Source: a virus (lineage: Duplodnaviria; Caudoviricetes). From it: a stretch of 64,000 bases of DNA. This document shows positions 29,269 to 38,081 of this stretch, one piece after another. Location of the stretch: IMG/VR virus record IMGVR_UViG_2758568506_000001, positions 7,710-71,709 of that record, one strand, 5' to 3'. The first letter of the stretch is position 1, and every line of letters begins with the position of its first letter. The notes beneath the pieces were generated by a model. The model saw nothing but the letters and a program-made list of their open reading frames with translations, made no database searches and was not told where the DNA came from. A program made the translations under genes and the position numbers.

Positions 29269-30650
29269 TTTTTAAAATATCCTCTCTGTTTTAATTGAAA
29301 GTAAACCCAGCCTGGCTTATAGCCATGAAGGTTTGCATAAGCTTTAAATTCGGCTGGCGACTTTAACTCACTTACTTTCTTTGTTGCAACTTTTTTTAAT
29401 AAGTCGTTATGTACAATTTCTTTAATTAATTTTTGACGTTTTTTAGCCTCAACTAAATCAACATCTGCCACTTGTTTGTCTTCGTGAACCTTGATTGGTT
29501 CTCCGCATAAAGGGCATTTACCATTTTTAACTTCGGCTACCTTTACCACGGCGAAACAATAATCGCAGGTGATAATTGCAGTTCCTTGGTTGCTCGTTGC
29601 TGTCGTGTCACCTTTTACACCACTTACGATTGCTTGTCGCCAGTCGCGGTCGTCATCTGGATAGCCAAATCTTTGCACGTTGTTAGCGTGGTCGATAATG
29701 ATTGCCGTCTTGCCTTTTCGCGGGTTTAAGCACCGCATCGAAAACTGGAGGTATAAAGCAAGAGACGTGGTAGGTCTGGCCATAATTACGCAGTCGACGT
29801 TTGGCAGGTCAACACCTTCAGTAAATAAATTGACGTTGACAAGTATTTTTAATTGTTGTTTGCGAAAATCGTTAACAGTGCTATCGCGCTCGGCGTCAGA
29901 AGTTTTACCATCAACTTCTTTAGCGCTAATGCCTGCCCGATTAAACTCATCGGCAATCTTTTTAGCTGAGTCGATTGAGTAGGTATAAACCACTGCTTGC
30001 TTATCTGGCGCTATCCGCTGATACTGCTTAACGATGTGACCATAAATTTTAGAACTCATAGCGTCATCAATTGACTGTGTCGTATAGTCACCAGTTGAAC
30101 TCCTTTTTAGCAGCTTGCTATTAAAATCGTTTGGAGGTTGGAAATATCTGAACGGTGCTAAAAAGCCTTTGTCAGTTAGCTCCCTAATTGATTGACCGAT
30201 GATAATATCATCAGCAATCTGGTCTAGTTGTTGTTTACCAGTTCGCCGCGGTGTTGCTGTAAAAAATAAAATGTAAGCATTCTTAAACTTATTTAGTATT
30301 TTTTGATAACTTTTCGCTAAAGCGTGGTGACCTTCGTCAATCAAAATTAGCTGAGGTTCGGGCAGTTTATCGACTCGTCGGCAAAGCGTCTGTACTAGTC
30401 CCATAGTTGCCAGTTCAGGATTAACTCCCTGCGATTTGAATGTTGCAATGGCTTGGTCTAAAACTTCTTTGCGGTGGATAATGAACATCACGCGATTATT
30501 TTTAAGTGTTGTCCGTCTAGCAATTTCAGCCATAACCACCGTCTTTCCTGTCCTCGGCGGCGACTGCACAATAATGTGGTGGTGCCCAGTCTGCATTGAT
30601 TTAGTAATTCGCTTGATTAAGTCATTCTGATATGGTCTTAATTCGTACAT
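29265..30650 (-). CDS. SF2 DEAD/DEAH-like helicase
   Basis: PPRTGKT, DEGHH, TATP, EGVDLP, C-terminal Zn ribbon. Confidence 0.9.
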   Translation of the reverse strand: MYELRPYQNDLIKRITKSMQTGHHHIIVQSPPRTGKTVVMAEIARRTTLKNNRVMFIIHRKEVLDQAIATFKSQGVNPELATMGLVQTLCRRVDKLPEPQLILIDEGHHALAKSYQKILNKFKNAYILFFTATPRRTGKQQLDQIADDIIIGQSIRELTDKGFLAPFRYFQPPNDFNSKLLKRSSTGDYTTQSIDDAMSSKIYGHIVKQYQRIAPDKQAVVYTYSIDSAKKIADEFNRAGISAKEVDGKTSDAERDSTVNDFRKQQLKILVNVNLFTEGVDLPNVDCVIMARPTTSLALYLQFSMRCLNPRKGKTAIIIDHANNVQRFGYPDDDRDWRQAIVSGVKGDTTATSNQGTAIITCDYCFAVVKVAEVKNGKCPLCGEPIKVHEDKQVADVDLVEAKKRQKLIKEIVHNDLLKKVATKKVSELKSPAEFKAYANLHGYKPGWVYFQLKQRGYFKK

Positions 30651-31208
30651 TTATAAATTATCGTAAAAATTCAGCAATTCATTCGCTATATTAATATCTC
30701 GCTTTTTATTGGAGCCATTAGCATGCTTCATATTTTTATTTATGAAAGAGTTTTTTTCTTTATTAGTTAAGCTCATCAATTCTATAGTTTTGTTAACTAC
30801 AGCCTTAAATTGGTCATAAGGATTAATATTTAGTTCTTGGTGGATTAGTAGAATTAAACAGTTCAAAGCTAAACACTTTTTAGTTTCCCTATCATAATCC
30901 GCAAATTCACCTTGATTAAATGAATCTAATGCACTATCGGTGCAATTAATCAGTAGCATGGTTTGTAGAATTTTTTGTATTTTGTTTATATCAATTTCGC
31001 CTTTTATGTAACTGATGGGTACCTTGAAATAATCAGCTAAGTTTTCCCACATAGCTTCAGTCGGGGTATTTATACCGTTTTCCCACCTAGACCATGTGGG
31101 GAAGGTAATGGTTTTCTTTTCCTTATCACGTAAAAAACAATTTAAATCTAAGCATAGCTTGCTTTGTGATAAGCCTTTTTGCTCCCGCAGTTCTTTTAAC
31201 CTATTCAT
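30651..31208 (-). CDS. XRE-family HTH protein
   Basis: NRLKELREQKGLSQ..WSRWENG. Confidence 0.75.
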   Translation of the reverse strand: MNRLKELREQKGLSQSKLCLDLNCFLRDKEKKTITFPTWSRWENGINTPTEAMWENLADYFKVPISYIKGEIDINKIQKILQTMLLINCTDSALDSFNQGEFADYDRETKKCLALNCLILLIHQELNINPYDQFKAVVNKTIELMSLTNKEKNSFINKNMKHANGSNKKRDINIANELLNFYDNL

Positions 31209-31218
31209 CTTTTCCTCC

Positions 31219-31698
31219 CTAGTTAATAATTGTCTTACGATTAGGCTCTAGGTAAGCACCAGGTACAGACAGACCATTTTTTAAGTCAGTGTAAAGTTTT
31301 ACCTTATTGATTGAAATAACTTCCTTTTTAACGCGGTATTCTGTCGGTATTTTTTGCTCATCAGAAATGATTGTTTTTTGCCGATAATTACGTGGTTTTA
31401 AAATATAATGCTTAGTTTGTACCTGCTTGACACCTGCATTATCGATAACTTCAGTCATATACTTAAGTAAATTATCTTTCTGTTTTTCATAATGACGTTT
31501 CTGTTCCGTTAACTGCTTAATTTTATTGGTCAAAAAATCGATATCAGCTGTATCCCGCTCAATTAAACCAGCTAGTCCATCAAGTTTTTCGTCTCTAGTT
31601 AACTCCAAAGTATCCAGTGTATCTTTCAAAGCTTGCGGATCAATATCATCTCTATCCACTATCTGCTTAATGGAATCGTTAATTTCAAATAAATTCAT
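31219..31698 (-). CDS. Siphovirus Gp157 family protein
   Basis: MNLFEI, DTLDTL, KLYTDLKNG..VPGAYLE. Confidence 0.85.
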   Translation of the reverse strand: MNLFEINDSIKQIVDRDDIDPQALKDTLDTLELTRDEKLDGLAGLIERDTADIDFLTNKIKQLTEQKRHYEKQKDNLLKYMTEVIDNAGVKQVQTKHYILKPRNYRQKTIISDEQKIPTEYRVKKEVISINKVKLYTDLKNGLSVPGAYLEPNRKTIIN

Positions 31699-31723
31699 AA
31701 TTCAGCATCTCACTTCCATACTC

Positions 31724-31945
31724 TTAAAATGGCTCCGCATATCGAGCTAAAAAAATCAGTGGTATAATCGTAACTGTTATAATCAGTAGCAAAACCACGA
31801 TTGAACCTTTTTTTGAAATTGGTGTCTCGCCATAGCTGCCAAAATCAAAATATTTGTTTAAAAAAATAGTCCATTTGTTGATTGATTTTTGTAAAAATAC
31901 AAGCATTTTACTCCCCCTTTGCAATAGCATCGAAGTACTCATCAA
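31724..31945 (-). CDS. Small membrane protein
   Basis: C-terminal hydrophobic helix. Confidence 0.45.
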   Translation of the reverse strand: MMSTSMLLQRGSKMLVFLQKSINKWTIFLNKYFDFGSYGETPISKKGSIVVLLLIITVTIIPLIFLARYAEPF

Positions 31946-32138
31946 ACCATTCTTGCTGGTCAGATAAATCTAACGCCAGCTTTGCAACGCTTTTCCAGAT
32001 GTGCGCAGCTGAGTAGCTCACGCCATCAACGATTTCTGTTTCTAAATTTTCTGCCGAATCAATTAAATTTCTAATTTGTGTAATATCTGCGGACATTTTA
32101 TTGTCACGTTTATCGAATTCTTTGTCTGTTAAATTCAT
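31908..32138 (-). CDS. Hypothetical phage protein
   Basis: SD AAGGA before the ATG; early operon. Confidence 0.55.
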   Translation of the reverse strand: MNLTDKEFDKRDNKMSADITQIRNLIDSAENLETEIVDGVSYSAAHIWKSVAKLALDLSDQQEWFDEYFDAIAKGE

Positions 32139-32190
32139 TAATTGTCCTTTCTTCTTTTGTTATAATCGTCTCTAGAAAGGAGGCGATTAT

Positions 32191-32403
32191 ATGACTTTTT
32201 ATGAATGGCTTTTAACCATTACTGATAGAGATAATCCTATTGGCGATTTTGCTCGTGACGCCCAATCTGATAGTAAATTCCCACAAGAAGCTAATAGTTG
32301 GGAAGAACTTAATGATTATTTAGAAAACCACACTCATGCGGTTAACCGTGCTATTGAAGCTGGGCATGATGCTTTTGTGGAATATAAACAGTCTCAGTGT
32401 TAA
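32191..32403 (+). CDS. YozE/SAM-like domain protein
   Basis: TFYEWL..DNPIGDFARDAQSDSKFP; AGGAGG SD. Confidence 0.7.
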   Translation: MTFYEWLLTITDRDNPIGDFARDAQSDSKFPQEANSWEELNDYLENHTHAVNRAIEAGHDAFVEYKQSQC

Positions 32404-32533
32404 TTTGCTTGCTGTTATATTTAGAAATCAAATCGTAATGACTATACTTGCCAACATTAATTTTTTTAAAATAATTTCTATTAGTTAGTTCCTGAAGTAA
32501 TTCTTCAGAACTAGCTTTTTTAATATCAGTCAT
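32351..32533 (-). CDS. Hypothetical phage protein
   Basis: DIKKASSEELLQEL pattern; SD AAGGA. Confidence 0.45.
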   Translation of the reverse strand: MTDIKKASSEELLQELTNRNYFKKINVGKYSHYDLISKYNSKQINTETVYIPQKHHAQLQ

Positions 32534-32689
32534 TCCTTACACTCCATATAAGTTTTTTTGTTTTTTACCGTCTATTGGCGAAATGTAAATATTTTCGGTG
32601 TGCTTCTTGTCTTCAGCTTGAAGTACACTTTTTATTTCTTCTGGTGAACCTTTTAAAATGAATTCCATTGTTATTGCTCCTTTTTATAG

Positions 32690-32887
32690 CTAAATAGACG
32701 AAATTATAAATGACTTGCCATTTAGCCAAACATAAATCTTTTTGCCATTTGATTTATCCATTAATGCTGATAGTTCTTCTTTTGATAAGAAGATTACCAT
32801 TGACAAATCATTGGCGTTACCCGTTACAATTGGTACATTTTCTCCACATCTATTTTTGTAATAATAGATGTAATCTATTGAGGACAT
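32690..32887 (-). CDS. Hypothetical phage protein
   Basis: SD GGGAG; similar in character to 57185-57520. Confidence 0.5.
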   Translation of the reverse strand: MSSIDYIYYYKNRCGENVPIVTGNANDLSMVIFLSKEELSALMDKSNGKKIYVWLNGKSFIISSI

Positions 32888-33001
32888 TGCATTCTCCCTT
32901 TAATACTTCCATCAGACTTAATACAAGTCTTTATTCCATTAATAGTTAGCACCGCGTGTTTGTGTGGTGCTTTTTATTTTTGTCCTGCATTAGCAATCCT
33001 T

Positions 33002-33256
33002 TTACTCCATTCCTAAAATTCGATAAATTTTTTTTCGAATTTTAACATCACGCGGTGTTGTTCCTCCTCGAATAGCATAACTGACTAGCGATTTGCGTAT
33101 ATTTAACAAATCTGCCAAGCTGACATTTGAATACCCTTGTCGGTCCATTTCAAACTTTATATCTTTATAGATACGATTTTTAGCATCAAGCAAAGCTTTT
33201 TCCGCTGACATCTTCAACCTCCTTTTGTTACGTAAAGCGATACGTATTTTTATCAA
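33002..33256 (-). CDS. Cro-like repressor (start probably MSAEKA)
   Basis: HTH SNVSLADLLNIRKSLVSYAI; divergent from cI. Confidence 0.75.
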   Translation of the reverse strand: MIKIRIALRNKRRLKMSAEKALLDAKNRIYKDIKFEMDRQGYSNVSLADLLNIRKSLVSYAIRGGTTPRDVKIRKKIYRILGME

Positions 33257-33273
33257 TATTTTTATGAAACCCG

Positions 33274-33450
33274 TTGACTTTTATTAGCGAAAACGCTAAT
33301 ATGTAAACATAGTCGCAATTATTAAGCATGTATCTCCCCAGACATTTGCTACTTTTTTTGCGTTACGTAATTTCATAAGTAATTCAATTGACAAATATAT
33401 TATTACGCGTTTTCACTAATAAGTCAAATATTTTTAGTGTTTTCGCTAAT
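33274..33450. promoter_or_regulatory. cI/cro switch region of element A with operators TTAGYG-N4-CRCTAA
   Basis: Palindrome ATTAGCG-AAAA-CGCTAAT (33283-33300) overlapping TTGACT-17-TAATAT; two degenerate copies near 33406 and 33434. Confidence 0.6.
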
Positions 33451-33481
33451 ATTTTTTGTCAAGGATAGAAGAGGCCTTGAT

Positions 33482-33874
33482 ATGACTGCATTTGATAGAA
33501 TAAAAAAATTAGCTAAAGAACAGCATTTGACTTTAGCTAAAATAAATGAAAAAGCTGGTATAGGGACAAACTCTATATATAGATGGAAAACTCAAGTTCC
33601 TACTAGTGAAAATTTACAAAAAGTTGCCAAAGTCTTACATACTTCAACCGACTATCTGCTGGGCAATACCAATGACCCATCACAGGTGTCACAAAAATCC
33701 GACGAAGATGAAGACCTAACTTGGCAAGATTTTGGTATGGCTTACGGTGGTCGCATACCAGACGATTTACGAAAATTGTACACCGCAATGGCAGAACAAT
33801 ACGTTAAAGACCATCCTGAAGCACTTAAAGAGTCTTTTGAGGAAGAAGATGATGATTTAGATGACCTCTTATGA
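33482..33874 (+). CDS. CI/ImmR-like XRE repressor
   Basis: FDRIKKLAKEQHLTLAKI..IYRWK..STDYLLG; AGAGG SD before ATG 33482. Confidence 0.85.
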   Translation: MTAFDRIKKLAKEQHLTLAKINEKAGIGTNSIYRWKTQVPTSENLQKVAKVLHTSTDYLLGNTNDPSQVSQKSDEDEDLTWQDFGMAYGGRIPDDLRKLYTAMAEQYVKDHPEALKESFEEEDDDLDDLL

Positions 33875-34265
33875 AGATGTGATGATGTGGTTAGCTGATT
33901 ATTGCGAAAAGCATAAAATTGAAATCAATTATTTGAGTGACATGAGTCCTACAGATAAACCTCAGTCTTTTCGGTATCCCAAAATTATATTTTTGAACGA
34001 TAAGTGGTTTAATATAAATGAAAAACCATTTATATTTGCACATGAAATAGGTCACACACTGTGTGCCAGAGAAGACTTGGTTAAAAAAAGCGATACTTAT
34101 AGTAAAAAATCTAAAAATGAGTATTTTGCTAACCGTTTTGCTATTCGATTGCTTCAAAAATACTGCGAAGAAAACGACATTGTGTTTAATTCGGTCTATG
34201 ACTTTGCAAATGCTTTTGGCATTCCGAGCAAGTACTGGTATTTGTTAGAGAAAGTCTGTTCTTAA
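33861..34265 (+). CDS. ImmA/IrrE family metallopeptidase
   Basis: FAHEIGH, EYFANRFAI. Confidence 0.9.
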   Translation: MTSYEDVMMWLADYCEKHKIEINYLSDMSPTDKPQSFRYPKIIFLNDKWFNINEKPFIFAHEIGHTLCAREDLVKKSDTYSKKSKNEYFANRFAIRLLQKYCEENDIVFNSVYDFANAFGIPSKYWYLLEKVCS

Positions 34266-34322
34266 CAAGATTGTCCATAGAGCCAGTGACATAAAACCTA
34301 TGGCATAAAGGAGGTTTTAAAC

Positions 34323-34874
34323 ATGAAATTAAAAAAAGTAATGGCAGCAGGAGTGGCTTCACTAACACTACTAGCCACCAGCGTAAATGTGGTTAGCGCT
34401 CATTCTGTAGGCACATTAATTGTACTAGACGCTAATATGCCAGCGTATAATACTAAAGGCCAAAAAATCAAAAAAGTACGTCCTTTTGCTAAAGGCAATC
34501 TTTATGAGATTCTTGGCGCCAAAAAAATAAAAGGAAAAAAATTTTATCGACTTACAAAAAAGAAGTATATAATTGCGGACGACTCTAAACTGATAGATGA
34601 CCGTACTATTCCTACTGAAAAACCAATCGAAAAGCCTTGGGAATCCAGACATTTGGTTGATACCGACAAAGGAGGATTAGTAACTCAAATTAAAAAAGCT
34701 TTAGCATTAGAAGGCGAAGATAGACTTGAAGCTGAGCAAGAGATTGCCGCTCAAATGAACATGAATCCTAAATCCGTCACTTCAGCAACGCAAAAAGGAT
34801 TTGAAGACCGATTAAGAAGCTATATTAATTCGATGGACTCTGCCAAAAACTGGATTGAGAACGGCGGTAAATAA
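34323..34874 (+). CDS. Secreted SLAP-domain protein
   Basis: Signal peptide ending VVSA; YNTKGQKIKK..GAKKIKGKKFYRLTKKKYI. Confidence 0.7.
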   Translation: MKLKKVMAAGVASLTLLATSVNVVSAHSVGTLIVLDANMPAYNTKGQKIKKVRPFAKGNLYEILGAKKIKGKKFYRLTKKKYIIADDSKLIDDRTIPTEKPIEKPWESRHLVDTDKGGLVTQIKKALALEGEDRLEAEQEIAAQMNMNPKSVTSATQKGFEDRLRSYINSMDSAKNWIENGGK

Positions 34875-34891
34875 TTTGAATTGTAGCTTTT

Positions 34892-34917
34892 AAGAACCCT
34901 GATTTATGGGTTCTTTT
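34892..34917. terminator. Terminator between convergent SLAP and rep genes
   Basis: AAGAACCC/GGGTTCTT hairpin plus T-tract. Confidence 0.7.
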
Positions 34918-35673
34918 TTATACCTGTGGTTGAGTATCCCCAAACGTTTGTGCTTCAAAGTCAGCAAACCATTGTTGGATACTATCCATATCGGCAGTAC
35001 AATTTTCAGCCACATGCTTAGACCAGTCTGTAGCTTTTTCAATATGCTTTTTAAATGGTTGATAGTGGGACTTAGTAGATTGACGCTGTTTATATTGCTG
35101 GTAATATCTCTTATTCGATTTGGTTGGTTGATGTTGTTGTTCAGTCTGATTGCTATTTACAGTTTGAGATTCAGATTGTGATTGATTTGAATTGAATTTA
35201 TAGACTGTAGTAATTTTTGTGTTACTCTCTGGTAATCTTTGGTTATTGCTTGGAACTGTGAGTCCCTTTCCATTGGGACTGTCAGTCCCTTTGCTTTGGA
35301 ACTGTGAGTCCTCTTGGCAGGAACTGGTAGTCCCTTCGGCATCTAATTCAGATTCTCCTAGCATTTCAGCTAATTTTTTGTAATCAACACGATACCACTT
35401 AGTTCTGTCAATTCTCATTTTGTTGAAGTTGTCAGCAACTAATAAACCCATTTTTACCAGTGATTTTAAGTATCTTTGTACAGTTTTAACGCTAAGCCAA
35501 TCGAATTGTTCCTGCCAGTCTTTGGCCGTGTTATAAACCCAACTATAGCCTTCTCTAATATTGACGTTTTTGTCTGTCCAGTAGCTAATTTGGCTAACCA
35601 TGATAGCTTTATCAACACCAATTTTTCTTGCAAGTCTGTGGTCAAATCCTCTGTTTAATTCTAATGTTGTCAT
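34918..35673 (-). CDS. Replication initiator (N-terminal wHTH, internal iterons)
   Basis: KAIMVSQISYW..WVYNT..DW..TVQRYLKSL..DRTKWYRVDY. Confidence 0.75.
   Translation of the reverse strand: MTTLELNRGFDHRLARKIGVDKAIMVSQISYWTDKNVNIREGYSWVYNTAKDWQEQFDWLSVKTVQRYLKSLVKMGLLVADNFNKMRIDRTKWYRVDYKKLAEMLGESELDAEGTTSSCQEDSQFQSKGTDSPNGKGLTVPSNNQRLPESNTKITTVYKFNSNQSQSESQTVNSNQTEQQHQPTKSNKRYYQQYKQRQSTKSHYQPFKKHIEKATDWSKHVAENCTADMDSIQQWFADFEAQTFGDTQPQV
35250..35335. repeat. Four ~23-bp iterons inside rep
   Basis: TTGG(A/G)ACTGT(G/C)AGTCCCT-type units at 35250, 35273, 35296, 35318; AT-rich tract adjacent. Confidence 0.75.
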
Positions 35674-35675
35674 GG

Positions 35676-36011
35676 TTACGCCTCCTTACTACCTTTAATT
35701 AGTTCATCAATTTTTTCATAGTCAACTCTGTACCATTTAGTTTTGTCATACTTAGTCTTGTTAAAATTGCCTGTAATTAGTAAACCTTGCTTCTCTAATT
35801 CTGAAAAAGCTCGTTTTAACGTGCTAAGAGCTACCCAGCTAATTTTTTTATGCCAATCTTTTAAACTTTTACATACCCACTTTTTACTATCATGAGTGTT
35901 TGTCGATTTAGTTGTTTCTTCATCAACCAATTGAATGATAATCGCTTCCGTCATACCTAACTTGTTTACGATTTTTTCATCTGCTACAATTTTTCTGCCG
36001 TAATTAATCAT
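35676..36011 (-). CDS. Stand-alone initiator-type wHTH, paralogue of the rep N-terminus
   Basis: EAIIIQ..KKWVCKSLKDW..TLKRAFSELEKQGLL..DKTKWYRVDY; AGGAG SD. Confidence 0.7.
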   Translation of the reverse strand: MINYGRKIVADEKIVNKLGMTEAIIIQLVDEETTKSTNTHDSKKWVCKSLKDWHKKISWVALSTLKRAFSELEKQGLLITGNFNKTKYDKTKWYRVDYEKIDELIKGSKEA

Positions 36012-36039
36012 GTTTATATCTCCTATAAAAAATTAATAA

Positions 36040-36406
36040 ATAAAAAGAACTAAGTAACACCGTGCCTAGTCTACTTAGTTCTCTTACTTAATTTTTATAG
36101 TTTGCTACTTGATAAAAGCTACAAAAAAGTATAAAATACTATACATAAGTTAAAGAGAACTTAAGTATGTAGATATTAGGCTTAAGTTAAAAGGTTGACT
36201 AACTCTAACCGCCAAGTAAGAGTTAATTCAACAAAGTAACATGTGGTGTTACTAATATGAATCAGGTAAGGCTTTAAAAGGTCTTGCTTTTTTCATATCT
36301 TCTTTTTTATTCAGTTTTCAATGCTATTTCTAGTCTGCTAATTTCAGCGGAACTGAAATAGCTTTTTTATATTACTGATTTTAACGTCTTCCAAAGTAAA
36401 AAGCAA
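36040..36406 (-). promoter_or_regulatory. rep promoter and ~360-nt leader with terminator/antiterminator
   Basis: TTGCTT-17-TAAAAT (36406-36378); segment 36072-36085 pairs with either 36046-36056 (terminator plus U-tract) or 36153-36167. Confidence 0.7.
36144..36293 (+). ncRNA. Predicted antisense copy-control RNA (~150 nt)
   Basis: TTGATA-17-TAAAAT promoter (36109-36137), two stem-loops, terminator GTAAGGC/GTCTTGC plus T6. Confidence 0.65.
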
Positions 36407-36419
36407 GCCTTAATTATTC

Positions 36420-36620
36420 ATGTAGTATTTACTACAAGTGTTAAAAGCTACAAGTATTATTGTATGCAATATTACAATACTACAATAATACATGTAGTTT
36501 TTACCATGCTGATTAACCCAACATACAAAAGTATTTTTCAAAATAATTCTGTTGTATAGTTGCATTATTGTATGCTATACTACAAGTAGTAAATGCTACA
36601 TGTATAAATTACTACATTAT
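36420..36620. repeat. Candidate parS centromere / par operator repeats
   Basis: Repeated CTACAAGT/CTACATGT and ATTATTGTATGC x2 directly upstream of parA. Confidence 0.5.
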
Positions 36621-36643
36621 AATCAATTAAGGAGGCTCATAAA

Positions 36644-37450
36644 ATGACCCAAATTATTACATTTGGTAACTTTAAAGGAGGGGTAGGCAAAACTACCAAT
36701 GCTGTTCAAGTTGCCTATGAACTATCTAAACGTAATGCTAAAACTTTACTCGTAGATTTAGACCCACAAGCTAATGCGACAAATATCCTGCTAAAAACTA
36801 AAGCGAATATAGACAATGAGTTAGCACATTTTGAATCTTCTCTAATGGTAGCTGTTCAAAATGAAAATTTAGAATCTTCCATAATTACAGTTAAGGATAA
36901 TCTTGATTTAATGGGTTCAGCACCCGATTTTGCTCTTTTCCCTAGGCACATGGAAAAAATGTTCCCTAATAGTTATATAGACCGTGTTAAATACTTAAGT
37001 ACTTTATTAGCACCATTATCTAAAAAGTACGACTATGTAATCATTGATATACCACCAACGATATCTTTAATCACAGACGCTGCTTTATACGCATCTGACT
37101 GGTGCTTAGTAATCATGCAAACACAACAACAGTCTTTTGATGGGGCAACAGCATTTATTGAATACATTCAAGATGACATCATTAATAAATATGGGGCACC
37201 AAGGTTAGACGTTATTGGCATTTTAGCAGTTCTTATTCAAGCTGGAGCCCCAGTTGATGAGTCAACAATGATTAATGCCAAAAAATATTTTGGCGAAGAC
37301 AACATTCTACCAACAGCTATACACAATATGCAGCGCTTAAAACGATATGGAATAACTGGCATTACTGATACGCAAAGACACGATAAAAAAGTTTTTGATG
37401 TTTATGCAAAGGTTACAGATGAAATTCTAGAAAGAATAGGAGATAAATAA
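36644..37450 (+). CDS. parA: ParA/Soj partition ATPase (type Ib)
   Basis: KGGVGKTT, LVDLDPQANAT, IIDIPP; no N-terminal HTH. Confidence 0.95.
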   Translation: MTQIITFGNFKGGVGKTTNAVQVAYELSKRNAKTLLVDLDPQANATNILLKTKANIDNELAHFESSLMVAVQNENLESSIITVKDNLDLMGSAPDFALFPRHMEKMFPNSYIDRVKYLSTLLAPLSKKYDYVIIDIPPTISLITDAALYASDWCLVIMQTQQQSFDGATAFIEYIQDDIINKYGAPRLDVIGILAVLIQAGAPVDESTMINAKKYFGEDNILPTAIHNMQRLKRYGITGITDTQRHDKKVFDVYAKVTDEILERIGDK

Positions 37451-37752
37451 TGAGTTTAGTAAATAGCAATCGATCAGTCACTGATTTCAAGCCAAAAAAA
37501 ATGATGACTATGGATGATTTAACGGAAGAAAAAGCAACTAAATCTGTCACATTTGACACTAGTATCCGTATAAGTAATCATTTAAAAAATAAGCTTCAAG
37601 CTATGATTGCTTTAGGGTATACATCTACTATAAAAGGTGCAATCGCTTTAACATTTGATGCTTACTATAACAATTTAAGTGATTCTGAAAAACGAGATTT
37701 AGATGTTCAGATAAAAACTTTTGAAAAACGAGACGCAAAGTTAAAAAAATGA
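37450..37752 (+). CDS. Small centromere-binding partner (RHH-type, DUF5388-like)
   Basis: Coupled to parA (TAATG); TSIRISNHLKNKL beta-strand/helix. Confidence 0.7.
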   Translation: MSLVNSNRSVTDFKPKKMMTMDDLTEEKATKSVTFDTSIRISNHLKNKLQAMIALGYTSTIKGAIALTFDAYYNNLSDSEKRDLDVQIKTFEKRDAKLKK

Positions 37753-37935
37753 AACATTATTTTTTATAGTGCATAAATTATATACAGTAGATTGTATACA
37801 GTAACACTATCATTATTAACTAGACCACTGGTAACTTTACATAATAGCCATTAAACGAAGTAGCTAAAAAACATGACTAAATCAAGACTGATAATTGCCA
37901 CAAATAATAGTTTGTGAAATCCTCATGTTTCACGG

Positions 37936-37967
37936 ATAAGAATCCCATTAATTCGGGGTTCTTTTTT
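37936..37967 (+). terminator. Terminator downstream of the par operon
   Basis: AAGAATCCC/GGGGTTCTT hairpin plus T-tract. Confidence 0.6.
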
Positions 37968-38081
37968 TCGTCCAAAATAAAATTCACAAAGTATACCAAT
38001 TTAATTTTTGACAAATAAAAAGCAGCTAAACCTAATAGGTCTAGCCGCTTTGCTAAATGTCTAATCCGTGGTATCATATCC

